The notes under the pieces were generated by a model. It ran no database searches. It was not told where the DNA came from and saw nothing but the letters and a program-made list of their open reading frames with translations. The translations under genes were made by a program, and so were the position numbers. From Betaproteobacteria bacterium (GTDB taxonomy: Bacteria > Pseudomonadota > Gammaproteobacteria > Burkholderiales > Burkholderiaceae_A), in NCBI GenBank assembly GCA_018970545.1, contig JAGWWC010000004.1:828-64827 (forward strand): a DNA stretch of 64,000 nt, written 5' to 3'. Shown one piece after another: positions 50,344-60,735 of the stretch (positions are counted from its first letter, which is position 1; every line of letters starts with the position of its first letter).

Positions 50344-52947
50344 TTAATGCACCACCCGATCAAACGAGAGTTCGCCGTCTTTGAAGTCGACCGGAATCAC
50401 ATCCTTGGGGCCAAATCTTCCTTCAAGGATTAAGCGCGCAATCGGATTTTCAAGCCGCTGCTGGATAGCACGCTTCAGCGGCCGCGCACCAAAGAGCGGA
50501 TCAAAGCCCACCTTGGCAATTTCATCGAGTGCGGCATCCGAGACCTCCAGACGCATCTCACGCTCAGCCACCCGGCCTTCGAGATAACGCAGCTGAATTT
50601 TTGCGATATCGCGGATGTGCCGCGCATCGAGCGCGTGGAAGACCACGATCTCATCGATCCGGTTGATGAATTCAGGACGAAAGTGGACCCTGACCTCGCC
50701 CATCACGGCTTCCTTGATTTCAGCCGCAGGTGCACCCGACATGCGCTGAATTTCCGGGGAGCCGAGGTTCGAGGTCATCACAACAACCGTATTGCGAAAA
50801 TCAACCGTCCGGCCCTGACCATCCGTGAGCCGGCCATCATCCAGGACTTGCAATAGGACATTGAAAACATCTGGATGGGCCTTTTCCACTTCGTCAAGAA
50901 GAATCACGCTGTAGGGCTTACGTCGCACAGCCTCAGTTAGGGTGCCGCCCTCTTCATAGCCCACATAGCCCGGAGGTGCACCGATTAAGCGTGATACCGA
51001 GTGTTTTTCCATAAACTCGCTCATATCAATGCGCACCATCTGCTCTTCGGAATCAAACAAAAACTGGGCCAGGGCCTTGCAGAGCTCGGTCTTGCCGACT
51101 CCGGTGGGGCCAAGAAACAGAAATGAGCCGTAGGGCCGATTGGGATCCGACAGTCCCGCCCGGGAGCGTCGGATGGCATCAGCCACCAAGGAAACCGCCT
51201 CCTCCTGGCCGACCACACGTTGATGCAGCTGGCCTTCCATGGCGAGCAATTTCTCGCGCTCGCCCGTCATCATTTTTGATACTGGGATTCCGGTCGCACG
51301 CGAGACGACCTCAGCGATCTCTTCAGCGCCAACCTGTGTGCGCAGCAGTCGTGGCCGCACCGTCTGCCCCGCAGCGCGGGCATCGGCGGCTTTGAGCCGC
51401 GCCTCAAGCTCGGGCAATTTGCCGTACTGCAGCTCCGAAACCTTCTGCCAGTCGCCTTTGCGGGTATACGCCTCAATCTCGTGACGAATCTGATCAATCT
51501 CCTCTTTGATCGACTGGGCACCCTGCACCGCTGCCTTTTCGGCCTTCCAGACCTCCTCTAAATCCGCAAGCTCGCGCTCTAAGCGGGCGATTTCCTGCTC
51601 GATCAGGTCGAAACGTCGTTTGGAGGCCTCATCCTTTTCTTTGCGAACGGCTTCGCGCTCAATCTTGAGCTGGATCAAACGCCGATCCAGCTTATCCATC
51701 GACTCTGGCTTGGAATCAATTTCCATCTTGATTCGTGAGGCCGCCTCATCGATCAAATCAATCGCCTTGTCCGGCAAAAAGCGATCCGTGATGTAGCGGT
51801 GCGACAGCTCTGCGGCCGCCACAATGGCCGGATCCGTAATGTCCACGCCGTGGTGAAGCTCGTAGCGCTCTTGCAGGCCCCGCAGGATCGCAATCGTGGC
51901 CTCCACACTCGGCTCATCGACCAACACCTTTTGAAACCGTCGCTCAAGGGCGGCATCCTTCTCGATGTACTTGCGATACTCATCAAGCGTGGTGGCGCCA
52001 ATACAGTGCAGCTCTCCACGGGATAACGCGGGCTTGAGCATATTGCCGGCGTCCATTGCGCCTTCGGCCTTGCCCGCTCCGACCATGGTGTGAATCTCAT
52101 CGATGAACACAATCGGGTGTCCACTGGGATGGCTCTCGGCCATCTGGGCAATATCTTTGAGCACTGCCTTTAGCCGCTCTTCAAACTCACCGCGATACTT
52201 TGCGCCCGCAAGTAGCGCCGCCATATCCAGGGTGAGCACGGATTTTCCTTTCAACCCTTCCGGCACTTCACCATTGACAATGCGCTGGGCTAGGCCTTCA
52301 ACGATTGCGGTCTTGCCCACGCCCGGCTCACCGATCAGCACAGGATTGTTTTTGGTTCGACGCTGCAGGATCTGAATGCAGCGACGAATTTCATCATCCC
52401 GGCCGATGACAGGATCCAGCTTTCCTCGTGCGGCCCGCTCTGTCAGATCGATGCAGTATTTTTTCAAAGACTCCCGCTGGCTTTCAGCCTCCGCGGAGTT
52501 CACTGACTGGCCACCGCGGACTGCCTGAATCGCCAGCTCAAGATTTTTTCTTGTGAGCCCGCTGTCGCGCAGCAGCCTGCCCGCAATCCCTTTGTCATCC
52601 GCAAGCGGCAACAAAAATAGCTCGCTGGCAATGAACTGATCACCCCGACTTTGGGCCTCACGATCCGTCAAATTAAAAAGCTTTACCAGCTCTGATCCAA
52701 CGGTCACCTGGCCCTCAGGCTTGGAGACCTTGGGCAGCCCTTCCAGCCCCGTATTGACTGACTGGCTGAGTTTTTGGAGGTTGGCGCCGGCACGCGCCAA
52801 TAAGGATCGTGTGGCGCCTTCCTCCTGGCCCAGTAAGGCGGCCAAGACATGCAGGGGTTCGAGCGTGGGGCTGTCATAGCCCACCGCAAGGCTCTGGGCA
52901 TCGGCTAAGGCCTGCTGAAAGGCCGTGGTGAGTTTGTCGGTTCTCAT
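50344..52947 (-). CDS. clpB: ATP-dependent chaperone ClpB
   Basis: Two AAA+ modules ([16 protein letters not shown]), coiled-coil middle domain and GYVGY. Confidence 0.98.
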   Translation of the reverse strand: MRTDKLTTAFQQALADAQSLAVGYDSPTLEPLHVLAALLGQEEGATRSLLARAGANLQKLSQSVNTGLEGLPKVSKPEGQVTVGSELVKLFNLTDREAQSRGDQFIASELFLLPLADDKGIAGRLLRDSGLTRKNLELAIQAVRGGQSVNSAEAESQRESLKKYCIDLTERAARGKLDPVIGRDDEIRRCIQILQRRTKNNPVLIGEPGVGKTAIVEGLAQRIVNGEVPEGLKGKSVLTLDMAALLAGAKYRGEFEERLKAVLKDIAQMAESHPSGHPIVFIDEIHTMVGAGKAEGAMDAGNMLKPALSRGELHCIGATTLDEYRKYIEKDAALERRFQKVLVDEPSVEATIAILRGLQERYELHHGVDITDPAIVAAAELSHRYITDRFLPDKAIDLIDEAASRIKMEIDSKPESMDKLDRRLIQLKIEREAVRKEKDEASKRRFDLIEQEIARLERELADLEEVWKAEKAAVQGAQSIKEEIDQIRHEIEAYTRKGDWQKVSELQYGKLPELEARLKAADARAAGQTVRPRLLRTQVGAEEIAEVVSRATGIPVSKMMTGEREKLLAMEGQLHQRVVGQEEAVSLVADAIRRSRAGLSDPNRPYGSFLFLGPTGVGKTELCKALAQFLFDSEEQMVRIDMSEFMEKHSVSRLIGAPPGYVGYEEGGTLTEAVRRKPYSVILLDEVEKAHPDVFNVLLQVLDDGRLTDGQGRTVDFRNTVVVMTSNLGSPEIQRMSGAPAAEIKEAVMGEVRVHFRPEFINRIDEIVVFHALDARHIRDIAKIQLRYLEGRVAEREMRLEVSDAALDEIAKVGFDPLFGARPLKRAIQQRLENPIARLILEGRFGPKDVIPVDFKDGELSFDRVVH

Positions 52948-52996
52948 GGTCAGATTTCATCCAATTCTGGTGTGGCTGCCGCCACGTCTGACAAGG

Positions 52997-53025
52997 AGTT
53001 GGGGGCGTTGCCCGCGGAATTCAAG
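52997..53025 (-). promoter_or_regulatory. sigma32 (RpoH) promoter of clpB
   Basis: CTTGAA-N14-CCCCCAACT, close to the CTTGAA-N13/14-CCCCATNT consensus. Confidence 0.75.
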
Positions 53026-54171
53026 TCATCCGGCCTTAAAGGGGCTACGGGCCTCGAGCTCATCCACATAGGCCTCGACCCCGCGCGACTCACGTTGCAG
53101 AAATCTCGCGACGGCGTCACCGAAGGCCGGTTCACTCAGCCAATGGCCTGAAAATGTCCTAACCGGAGTAAAGCCGCGGGCCAGCTTGTGTTCGCCCTGC
53201 GCGCCCCCTTCAAACCGCTGCAGGCGCTGCGCAATGGCCCATTGAATCGGCGCGTAGTACGCGACCTCGAAATGCAAGCAGTCCACCCGTTCAATCGCCC
53301 CCCAATAACGGCCGTACAGAACCCCCGCATCGCGAATAAAAAATGATGCCGCAATCGGCCGATCATTGCGCTGGGCAATACACACCACCACCGACTCGGG
53401 AAGCACATCCAAAAGATGTTCAAAAAAGTTCATCGAAAGATAGGGGGTCGAATGATGCTCACGATACGTCTGGTCGTAGCAGCGATAGAAAAAGGCAAGC
53501 TCCTCTACCGCAAGATCGCCCCCTTCAACCATGCGGGTCTGAACGCCCTGCTGCTGCACTTTGCGACGCTCTGCCCGAATCTTTTTTCGCTTCGGCTGCG
53601 CCAAAGCGGCCAAGTAATCCTCGAAACTGGAGTAGCCCGGGTTATGCCAATGAAACTGGACGCCTTCACGAATCAGCCAGCCCTCTTCCTGAAGCGCCTG
53701 AAGATCTTCGGCCGACGCAAAAAGCACATGGGCAGACGACAAACCCATGGATTGCGCTTGGCTGCGAATGGCAATCAGCAGCTGTCGCCGAAGTGCCAAC
53801 TGGTCCGGAGCAGCCAATAAGCGCGATCCCACAATCGGCGAAAACGGACTGGCCACCACGAGCTTGGGGTAGTAGTTCAGCCCCGCTCTGCTGTAGGCAT
53901 CGGCCCATGCCCAATCAAAAACATACTCGCCGTAGGAGTGGCCCTTCAGATAAACGGGGGCCGCGCCCACGATGCGGCCGTCTGAGTCCAGGGCCGTTAA
54001 AGGCAACGGCTGCCAGCCGGTCTTCGCGTTCGTGCACTCCGTGTGCTCAAGGGCGCTCAGAAACTCCCAGCGCAGAAATGGCGTCGGCTGCGACTGGCCC
54101 GCGAGCAGCCCATTCCACTGGCGCAGGTCAACTTCATTAAAACTTCCGCAATGCCGCAGCTCAAGATCCAC
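53026..54171 (-). CDS. FemAB-like GNAT family protein
   Basis: HSYGEYVFDWAWA, YYPKL, LYGRYWG, LHFE and GAQGEHKLARGF motifs. Confidence 0.88.
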   Translation of the reverse strand: MDLELRHCGSFNEVDLRQWNGLLAGQSQPTPFLRWEFLSALEHTECTNAKTGWQPLPLTALDSDGRIVGAAPVYLKGHSYGEYVFDWAWADAYSRAGLNYYPKLVVASPFSPIVGSRLLAAPDQLALRRQLLIAIRSQAQSMGLSSAHVLFASAEDLQALQEEGWLIREGVQFHWHNPGYSSFEDYLAALAQPKRKKIRAERRKVQQQGVQTRMVEGGDLAVEELAFFYRCYDQTYREHHSTPYLSMNFFEHLLDVLPESVVVCIAQRNDRPIAASFFIRDAGVLYGRYWGAIERVDCLHFEVAYYAPIQWAIAQRLQRFEGGAQGEHKLARGFTPVRTFSGHWLSEPAFGDAVARFLQRESRGVEAYVDELEARSPFKAG

Positions 54172-54177
54172 TGATCA

Positions 54178-54663
54178 TTACCAGCGCTTGAGTGCTTCCT
54201 CGTCGGCGTCTCGGGCAGAGACCCAACGGCTTCCTGCGTCGAGCTCTTCTTTTTTCCAGAACGGGGCCCGGGACTTTAAGAAGTCCATCACAAATGCGCA
54301 GGCCGCAAGGGCTGCCTCCCGATGGGCACTGGCCGCCCCCACCCAAACGATTTCATCAGCAGGCCGCAGAGGGCCGATGCGATGAATCACCGAGACCGCA
54401 TACAGCGGCCAGCGCTGTCGTGCGTCATCGATGATTTCGGCAATCGCGGACTCCGTCATACCGGGATAGTGCTCGAGATTGAGTACTTTGACTGCGTCGC
54501 CCTCGTTTAAGTCACGCACCGTGCCAATAAAACTTGCGACAGCGCCCACGCGGTAATCCAATCGTCCATCCGTGCCAGTCCGCAACAGCCGCGTCTGCAG
54601 ACCAACATCAAAGGCCTCTCGCTGAATTTGAATGCCGATGCGGCAGTCGGATTCGGTCGTCAT
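54178..54663 (-). CDS. moaE: Molybdopterin synthase catalytic subunit
   Basis: LEHYPGMT, HRIG and DFLKSRAPFWKKE motifs. Confidence 0.95.
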   Translation of the reverse strand: MTTESDCRIGIQIQREAFDVGLQTRLLRTGTDGRLDYRVGAVASFIGTVRDLNEGDAVKVLNLEHYPGMTESAIAEIIDDARQRWPLYAVSVIHRIGPLRPADEIVWVGAASAHREAALAACAFVMDFLKSRAPFWKKEELDAGSRWVSARDADEEALKRW

Positions 54664-54669
54664 GACGCC

Positions 54670-54927
54670 TTAGCCTCCCGTAACCGGCGGAAAAAATGCG
54701 ACCTCATCGCCCTCGGAGATTCTGTCGTTCTCGCCCGCCATACGCTGATTGATCGCGCCCCGCACAGCACGCTTTTGATCCAAGGCCTCCGCCCAGGCCG
54801 GGCCCCGCAGCTGCAGGTGGCCACGCAGTTCTGCAAGCGATTGCGTCTGCTCTGGCAGATCAATCCACTCGTCTTCGACGCCGGTCTGCTCCCGCAGTGA
54901 TGCAAAAAGACGAAGACGAATCCTCAT
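54670..54927 (-). CDS. moaD: Molybdopterin synthase sulfur carrier
   Basis: LFASLRE and C-terminal FFPPVTGG. Confidence 0.94.
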   Translation of the reverse strand: MRIRLRLFASLREQTGVEDEWIDLPEQTQSLAELRGHLQLRGPAWAEALDQKRAVRGAINQRMAGENDRISEGDEVAFFPPVTGG

Positions 54928-54957
54928 GGTCACGCAATCCTAGAAAAAATGGTCGTA

Positions 54958-56154
54958 TTAATCGAAGAGCTCAGTGTAGGGAATAAACCGAACGCTTTCA
55001 CCCGTCCGCACCGGGGTTGAAGCCGGTATTTCCACCAAGCCTGCAGACTCAGTCACTGATGACAACACCGATGAATTCTGCCGCGGGTGGATATGCGCAG
55101 TACCCTGCGCATCCAGCCAGCCCCGCAGATATTCCAGGCGGCTATCGGGCTGGGGCCAATCAAAAGCCGCCGGCCGCCTTGATCCGATCGGTGGGCGCAC
55201 CCGAGCGCCCGCCAGCGTCAGTAGGGCCGGTCGGATCAATAAGCAAAAGGTGACCCAGGCAGCGACGGGGTTTCCGGGCATGCCCATAAACACCGCCTCA
55301 CCCAACCGTCCGAATGCAAATGGTTTTCCGGGCTTGATGGCAACCCTCCACAAATCAAGCGTTCCCAATGCCGAGATCGCCGACTTGATGTGATCCTCTT
55401 CACCTACTGATACGCCACCACAGGTCAACAAGGCATCGCACTGGCTTGCGGCCTGCTGCAAACGATCGCGTGTAACGGAAGACTGGTCAGGCAGGCAGCC
55501 CATATCGATTGGTATGCAGCCCGCCCCCTGCACGAGGGCCAGAATCATCCTGCGATTGCTGTCGTAAATTTGGCCAAACGACAGGGGCTCGCCCGGCTGC
55601 CGCAGCTCATCGCCCGATGAAAATACCGCCACTCGCAGCCTGCGCATCACTGACACTCGGGCCAGACCGACCGACGCGCACAGGCCAATGTCAGCTGCCG
55701 ATAAGCGTCGGCCCTTCTCCAAAATCACTTGGCCACAATGAAGATCACCGGCCTTCGGCCGAATGTTCTGTCCAGGCGCTACCGGCTGCAGCAGTCGAAT
55801 ACTGTGCTCATCTTCGATGGCTGTCTGCTCCTGCATCACCACCGCATTTGCACCTGATGGAATGGCTGCGCCAGTGAAAATTCGGGCTACCGTGCCGGGT
55901 GCCAATGGGCTTCCCGGATGACCAGCAGCAATGCGTTGCGAGATCGGCAAGGGCCCCAGCGCATTGTTCATTTCCACCGCAACACCCGCATACCCATCCA
56001 TCTGGCTATTGTCATAAGCGGGCACATCAATGGGCGAAGTGATGTCGCTGGCCAACACCCGGCCTGCGCAATCCGCGACCGGCAGGGACTCTGTCTCCCG
56101 CACGGGCGTTACTGAGTTGAGCAGTAATTCGAGGGCTTGATGAAGGGATTTCAT
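54958..56154 (-). CDS. moeA: Molybdopterin molybdotransferase
   Basis: DNSQMDGYA, RIFTGA, SSGDEL, GGVSVG, KPGKP and PGNP motifs. Confidence 0.95.
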   Translation of the reverse strand: MKSLHQALELLLNSVTPVRETESLPVADCAGRVLASDITSPIDVPAYDNSQMDGYAGVAVEMNNALGPLPISQRIAAGHPGSPLAPGTVARIFTGAAIPSGANAVVMQEQTAIEDEHSIRLLQPVAPGQNIRPKAGDLHCGQVILEKGRRLSAADIGLCASVGLARVSVMRRLRVAVFSSGDELRQPGEPLSFGQIYDSNRRMILALVQGAGCIPIDMGCLPDQSSVTRDRLQQAASQCDALLTCGGVSVGEEDHIKSAISALGTLDLWRVAIKPGKPFAFGRLGEAVFMGMPGNPVAAWVTFCLLIRPALLTLAGARVRPPIGSRRPAAFDWPQPDSRLEYLRGWLDAQGTAHIHPRQNSSVLSSVTESAGLVEIPASTPVRTGESVRFIPYTELFD

Positions 56155-56198
56155 TGCGCAGATCGGATGGCGTTGGCCAGACCCTGAACGGTCAGCAC

Positions 56199-57650
56199 TT
56201 AACGCAGCGCATGCTGCGCGATGAAGCGCTTGAGGTTCTCAACATCGGTACCGATGTTCTCTACCCGCTGCGGTAGAGATTCCAAATGCCCCAGCCCTTT
56301 CGGCCGCGGCGCAGGCCGGCCCAGGGCCTCTTGAATCGTCTCCTCGAATTTGGTCGGCAGCGCGGTCTCTAGGCAAAGCATCGGCACGCCCGGCTCCAGA
56401 TACTGGCGGCCGACAAACACGCCATCCGCTGTGTGCGGGTCAATCAGCCGTTGATAACGAGACTCTAGATCGCGAATGGTCTGCAGCCGATTGTCATGGC
56501 TGCTCTTGCCCGAGACCATCTGGCTTGCTTTGACCCGCTCCCATGCCTGGGGCTGCGCTGCTTTCAGATCGAACTGGCCGGATTGCGACAGTTCGCGCCA
56601 GAGCGCGGCAGTTGCCATACCATCGTGGCCGGTCATGGCAAAAATGAAACGCTCAAAGTTTGATGCTTTTGAAATATCCATCGAAGGGCTCGATGTCTGA
56701 TAAGTCTCTTTGGATCCCCGCACCCGATATACACCCGTGCGAAAAAATTCATCCAACACATCGTTTTCATTGGTTGCCACCACCAGCCTGCGAATCGGCA
56801 GGCCCATGGATTTGGCAACAAAGCCTGAAAATACATTGCCGAAATTTCCAGAAGGCACACTGAACGACACCGGATCACCGATACGTAATCCATAAGCCTT
56901 CACCGCGCTGAGATAGCCCTTAAAGTAGTACACCACCTGGGACATGATCCGCGCCCAGTTAATAGAATTCACGGTACCAATACGCCACTTGGCCTTGAAT
57001 TCCAGATCGGCCGAGACTGCTTTGACCATATCTTGACAGTCATCAAACACGCCTTCAACGGCCAGGTTATGAATATTGGGTTCCTGCAGCGAATACATCT
57101 GGGCCCGCTGAAATGCGCTCATGCGGCCCTGAGGCGAGAGCATAAAGACTGATACCGCGTGCTTGTCGCGCATGGCGTACTCGGCGGCACTGCCCGTATC
57201 GCCCGAAGTGGCGCCCAGGATGTTCAGAGTCTCCCCACGACGGGTCAACACATACTCAAACAGCTGGCCCAGCATCTGCATGGCCATGTCTTTGAAAGCC
57301 AAGGTCGGACCGTTGGAGAGTTCCAGTATCGCCAGGGGCGCGCCCTGCTCTTGCCCGAGCGATGCCAGCGGCGCGATCTGGGTACTGCCAAATTTCTGCT
57401 CGGTGTAAGCCTGCAAGCACAGACGCTGAATCACAGCTGGATTAATGTCACCCGCGAATCGGGAGATGATCTCCGTTGCGAGCCCCGGATAGGTGAGCGC
57501 TGAGAACTCCAGTAACGCCTCGTGATTGATCTTCGGCAGAAATGCCGGCATGGCTAGGCCGCCGTCCTGGGCTAGCCCTTCCAACAGAATGTCTTGAAAC
57601 CCGCCCATCTGGGCGGCGGGGCCTATGGAGCGGGTAGAGACGTAGTTCAG
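56199..57650 (-). CDS. thrC: Threonine synthase (probable CTG start)
   Basis: YVSTR N-terminal motif, GPTLAFKD (PLP lysine), ATSGDTG, NSINWAR and PSGNFGN. Confidence 0.93.
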   Translation of the reverse strand: MNYVSTRSIGPAAQMGGFQDILLEGLAQDGGLAMPAFLPKINHEALLEFSALTYPGLATEIISRFAGDINPAVIQRLCLQAYTEQKFGSTQIAPLASLGQEQGAPLAILELSNGPTLAFKDMAMQMLGQLFEYVLTRRGETLNILGATSGDTGSAAEYAMRDKHAVSVFMLSPQGRMSAFQRAQMYSLQEPNIHNLAVEGVFDDCQDMVKAVSADLEFKAKWRIGTVNSINWARIMSQVVYYFKGYLSAVKAYGLRIGDPVSFSVPSGNFGNVFSGFVAKSMGLPIRRLVVATNENDVLDEFFRTGVYRVRGSKETYQTSSPSMDISKASNFERFIFAMTGHDGMATAALWRELSQSGQFDLKAAQPQAWERVKASQMVSGKSSHDNRLQTIRDLESRYQRLIDPHTADGVFVGRQYLEPGVPMLCLETALPTKFEETIQEALGRPAPRPKGLGHLESLPQRVENIGTDVENLKRFIAQHALR

Positions 57651-58963
57651 ACGAAGGCCTCCATGCGCAACATCACCGCCTGCGTCAACACTGTGGATAG
57701 CTTCTCGATACGGGCTATCGCTGCCTGCATATCGTGCTCCACGCACTGATGGGTAATTAACACCACATCGGTCTCAGCCATGCCCTCGTCAGGCTCACGC
57801 TGGAAAAACGTATCAATCGAGATCTGACCATCGGCCAGCACACGGGTAATGTCGGCGAGCACGCCCGGCTGATCCTTAACCCTGAGCCGCAGGTAATAAC
57901 ACGACCGCACTTGCGCAATCGGCACAACAGCAAGTGCCGACATCTGATCGGGCTGAAATGCCAGGTACGGCACGCGATGGGCTGGGTCGGCTGTGAGCAT
58001 GCGTGCCACATCGACCAAATCAGCCACCACAGCGCTCGCTGTAGGTTCCGCACCTGCACCTTTACCGTAATACATGGTGTGGCCGACCGCATCGCCCTTG
58101 ACCCAGACGGCATTCATTGCACCTTCCACATTGGCGATCAGCTTTTTCGATGAAATCAGTGTCGGGTGTACCCGAAGCTCAATGCCTTCGGCGTGGCGCT
58201 TGGTGATGCCCAGAAGCTTAATGCGATAGCCGAGCTGCTCGGCATAGGCGATGTCTTTCGCCTGCAGGCTGCTGATGCCCTCAATGTGGGCCCGATCAAA
58301 CTGCATCGGCACACCGAAGGCAATGGCCGACATGATGGCGGCCTTATGCGCCGCATCAACGCCCTCTACATCGAAGGTGGGGTCGGCCTCCGCATAGCCG
58401 AGCCGTTGAGCCTCTTTGAGCACGGCATCAAAAGGCAGACCTTTATCGCGCATCTCCGAGAGAATGAAATTGGTAGTGCCATTAATGATTCCCGCAATCC
58501 ACTCGATACGATTCGCGGTCAGGCCCTCGCGAAGGGCCTTAATTATCGGAATGCCGCCCGCCACGGCCGCCTCAAAGGCCACCATCACACCCTGCTTCTG
58601 GGCGGCTGCGAAAATTTCATTGCCATGCACTGCGAGCAAGGCCTTATTCGCAGTCACCACATGCTTGCCGTGTGAAATCGCCGCCAGGACAAACTCTTTT
58701 GCGAATCCATAGCCACCGATGAGTTCGATCACCACATCAATCTCGGGGTCCCGTGCCAGCGCCATGGCATCGCTCAGCACTCGGGCCTTGCCCGAGGTCA
58801 GCGTCTTGGCTTTTGCCTGATCAAGGTCGGCAACAGCAGTGATGTCGATCGGTCGGCCCGCCCGACGCTGGATCTCATCGGAATTGCGGTTCAGAACGGT
58901 CCAGGTGCCACCACCGACAGTACCGACGCCTGCAAGCCCGACCCTCAGGGCACCGATGCTCAT
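57647..58963 (-). CDS. hom: Homoserine dehydrogenase
   Basis: [28 protein letters not shown] and GYAEADP; C-terminal ACT domain. Confidence 0.96.
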   Translation of the reverse strand: MSIGALRVGLAGVGTVGGGTWTVLNRNSDEIQRRAGRPIDITAVADLDQAKAKTLTSGKARVLSDAMALARDPEIDVVIELIGGYGFAKEFVLAAISHGKHVVTANKALLAVHGNEIFAAAQKQGVMVAFEAAVAGGIPIIKALREGLTANRIEWIAGIINGTTNFILSEMRDKGLPFDAVLKEAQRLGYAEADPTFDVEGVDAAHKAAIMSAIAFGVPMQFDRAHIEGISSLQAKDIAYAEQLGYRIKLLGITKRHAEGIELRVHPTLISSKKLIANVEGAMNAVWVKGDAVGHTMYYGKGAGAEPTASAVVADLVDVARMLTADPAHRVPYLAFQPDQMSALAVVPIAQVRSCYYLRLRVKDQPGVLADITRVLADGQISIDTFFQREPDEGMAETDVVLITHQCVEHDMQAAIARIEKLSTVLTQAVMLRMEAFV

Positions 58964-60177
58964 GCCGCCTCCCCGTGCGCTGTTGCCGTTGGCTTGACCA
59001 AGCCATCTTTACGGAACATCTCTTTGATGCCACGCACAGCCTGACGAGTACGCTGTTCATTCTCAATCATTGCAAAACGAACATGATCATCGCCGTACTC
59101 GCCAAAGCCCACACCGGGGGACACCGCCACTTTGGCCTCGGCAAGCAATTTCTTAGAAAACTCCAGCGATCCCATATGCCGATAGGGCTCGGGAATCTCT
59201 GCCCAGACATACATGGAGGCCCGGGGAACCTCCACCATCCAGCCCGCTTCATGCAGGCCCTTACACAGCACATCTCTGCGGTGCTGATAATTCAGCCGCA
59301 CCTCCTCGACGCAATCCTGTGGACCCTCCAGTGCGATGACCGAGGCCACCTGAATGGGCGTGAAGGTGCCGTAGTCGTGGTAACTCTTGATGCGGGCCAA
59401 GGCAGCGACCAACTCCCGATTGCCCACCATGAACCCGACACGCCAGCCGGCCATGTTGTAGCTTTTGCTCATGGTGAAAAATTCCACTGCCACGTCCCGG
59501 GCGCCCGGCACCTGCATGATCGAAGGGGGCTTAAACCCATCAAAGCAGATGTCGGCATAGGCCAGATCATGAACAACCAGAATGTCATGCTGCTTCGCAA
59601 GCGCGATGATTCGCTCAAAAAAATCAAGCTCCACGCACTGGGCGGTGGGATTACTCGGAAAGCCCAGGATGATCATCTTGGGCTTTGGAATCGACTCACG
59701 AATGTTGCGCTCAAGCTCTTGGAAAAAATCAACGCCACTGCCCATACGGAACGACTGAATGCTGGCGCCCGCAATGATCGCGCCGTAAATGTGAATGGGA
59801 TAGCTGGGATTGGGCACGAGCACGGTATCGCCCGCATCAAGCGTGGCCAGCATCAAATGGGCCAGACCCTCCTTTGAGCCGATCGTGACAATGGCCTCAG
59901 TCTCTGGGTCGAGATCGACTCCGTAGCGGCTTTGATACCAGTTACAGATCGCCCGGCGCAGCCGGGGTATGCCCTTGGAGACCGAGTAGCCATGGGTGTG
60001 CTCCTTATCAGCCGTCTCGATCAGCTTTTCCACAATATGCCGCGGCGTTGGGCCATCGGGATTGCCCATGCTCATGTCGATGATGTCCTCGCCTCTGCGG
60101 CGGGCCGCCATCTTGAGCTCCCCGGTGATATTGAACACATAAGGGGGCAGTCGCTGAATGCGGGGAAAGGGCTTCAT
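58960..60177 (-). CDS. alaC: Class I PLP aminotransferase (alanine transaminase AlaC-like)
   Basis: [21 protein letters not shown] and [13 protein letters not shown] motifs. Confidence 0.9.
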   Translation of the reverse strand: MKPFPRIQRLPPYVFNITGELKMAARRRGEDIIDMSMGNPDGPTPRHIVEKLIETADKEHTHGYSVSKGIPRLRRAICNWYQSRYGVDLDPETEAIVTIGSKEGLAHLMLATLDAGDTVLVPNPSYPIHIYGAIIAGASIQSFRMGSGVDFFQELERNIRESIPKPKMIILGFPSNPTAQCVELDFFERIIALAKQHDILVVHDLAYADICFDGFKPPSIMQVPGARDVAVEFFTMSKSYNMAGWRVGFMVGNRELVAALARIKSYHDYGTFTPIQVASVIALEGPQDCVEEVRLNYQHRRDVLCKGLHEAGWMVEVPRASMYVWAEIPEPYRHMGSLEFSKKLLAEAKVAVSPGVGFGEYGDDHVRFAMIENEQRTRQAVRGIKEMFRKDGLVKPTATAHGEAA

Positions 60178-60275
60178 GGCGGTTTTCTATGGGGCCAGCG
60201 GTTGGGAAAACCTTAACTTTAACCGAGCCTCAGAGTTGCAAAAAACCGCCGAAAACCTGTTAGGCTTAGCCCTCG

Positions 60276-60728
60276 ATGGCTTTGTCACCGGTCTCCACGA
60301 GCTTTACTGCGCAGCCCAATGGCAGCGCCTTCGGAATCAACGCTTACGGGTCTGACTTCATCGAGGTCAACGGCACCCGATTCAATTCTTCTTTGTTAGT
60401 ACGCTCCGATGTCGGGCCAGACGAGCTCCTCGGGCTCACTGCCGAAGGCCTTCAGGCCCGCCACATGGAGATACTCGCCCAATGGGGCCCCGAGATTGTT
60501 TTGGTTGGGACAGGGTCCCGACAGAAATTTCTCTCGCCCACAGTCATGGCCCCCATGCTGAGCCAGCGCATCGGCGTGGAATGCATGACGCTGGCAGCCG
60601 CCTGCAGAACCTTCAATCTGCTGGCCTCGGAAGGCCGCAAAGCCGCAGCATTTCTGCTTTTTGATCACCTGGCGGCAATTACGCCAGCCGTTCAACCCGC
60701 CTTAATTTCCTCACTTCATAAGGACTGA
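60276..60728 (+). CDS. Mth938-like domain protein
   Basis: PEIVLVGTG and E.M...AACRTFNLL.SEGR motifs. Confidence 0.88.
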   Translation: MALSPVSTSFTAQPNGSAFGINAYGSDFIEVNGTRFNSSLLVRSDVGPDELLGLTAEGLQARHMEILAQWGPEIVLVGTGSRQKFLSPTVMAPMLSQRIGVECMTLAAACRTFNLLASEGRKAAAFLLFDHLAAITPAVQPALISSLHKD

Positions 60729-60735
60729 GCCCAGC

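Noticed and set aside
58975..59877. 300-aa plus-strand ORF
   Set aside because: Antisense shadow of alaC.
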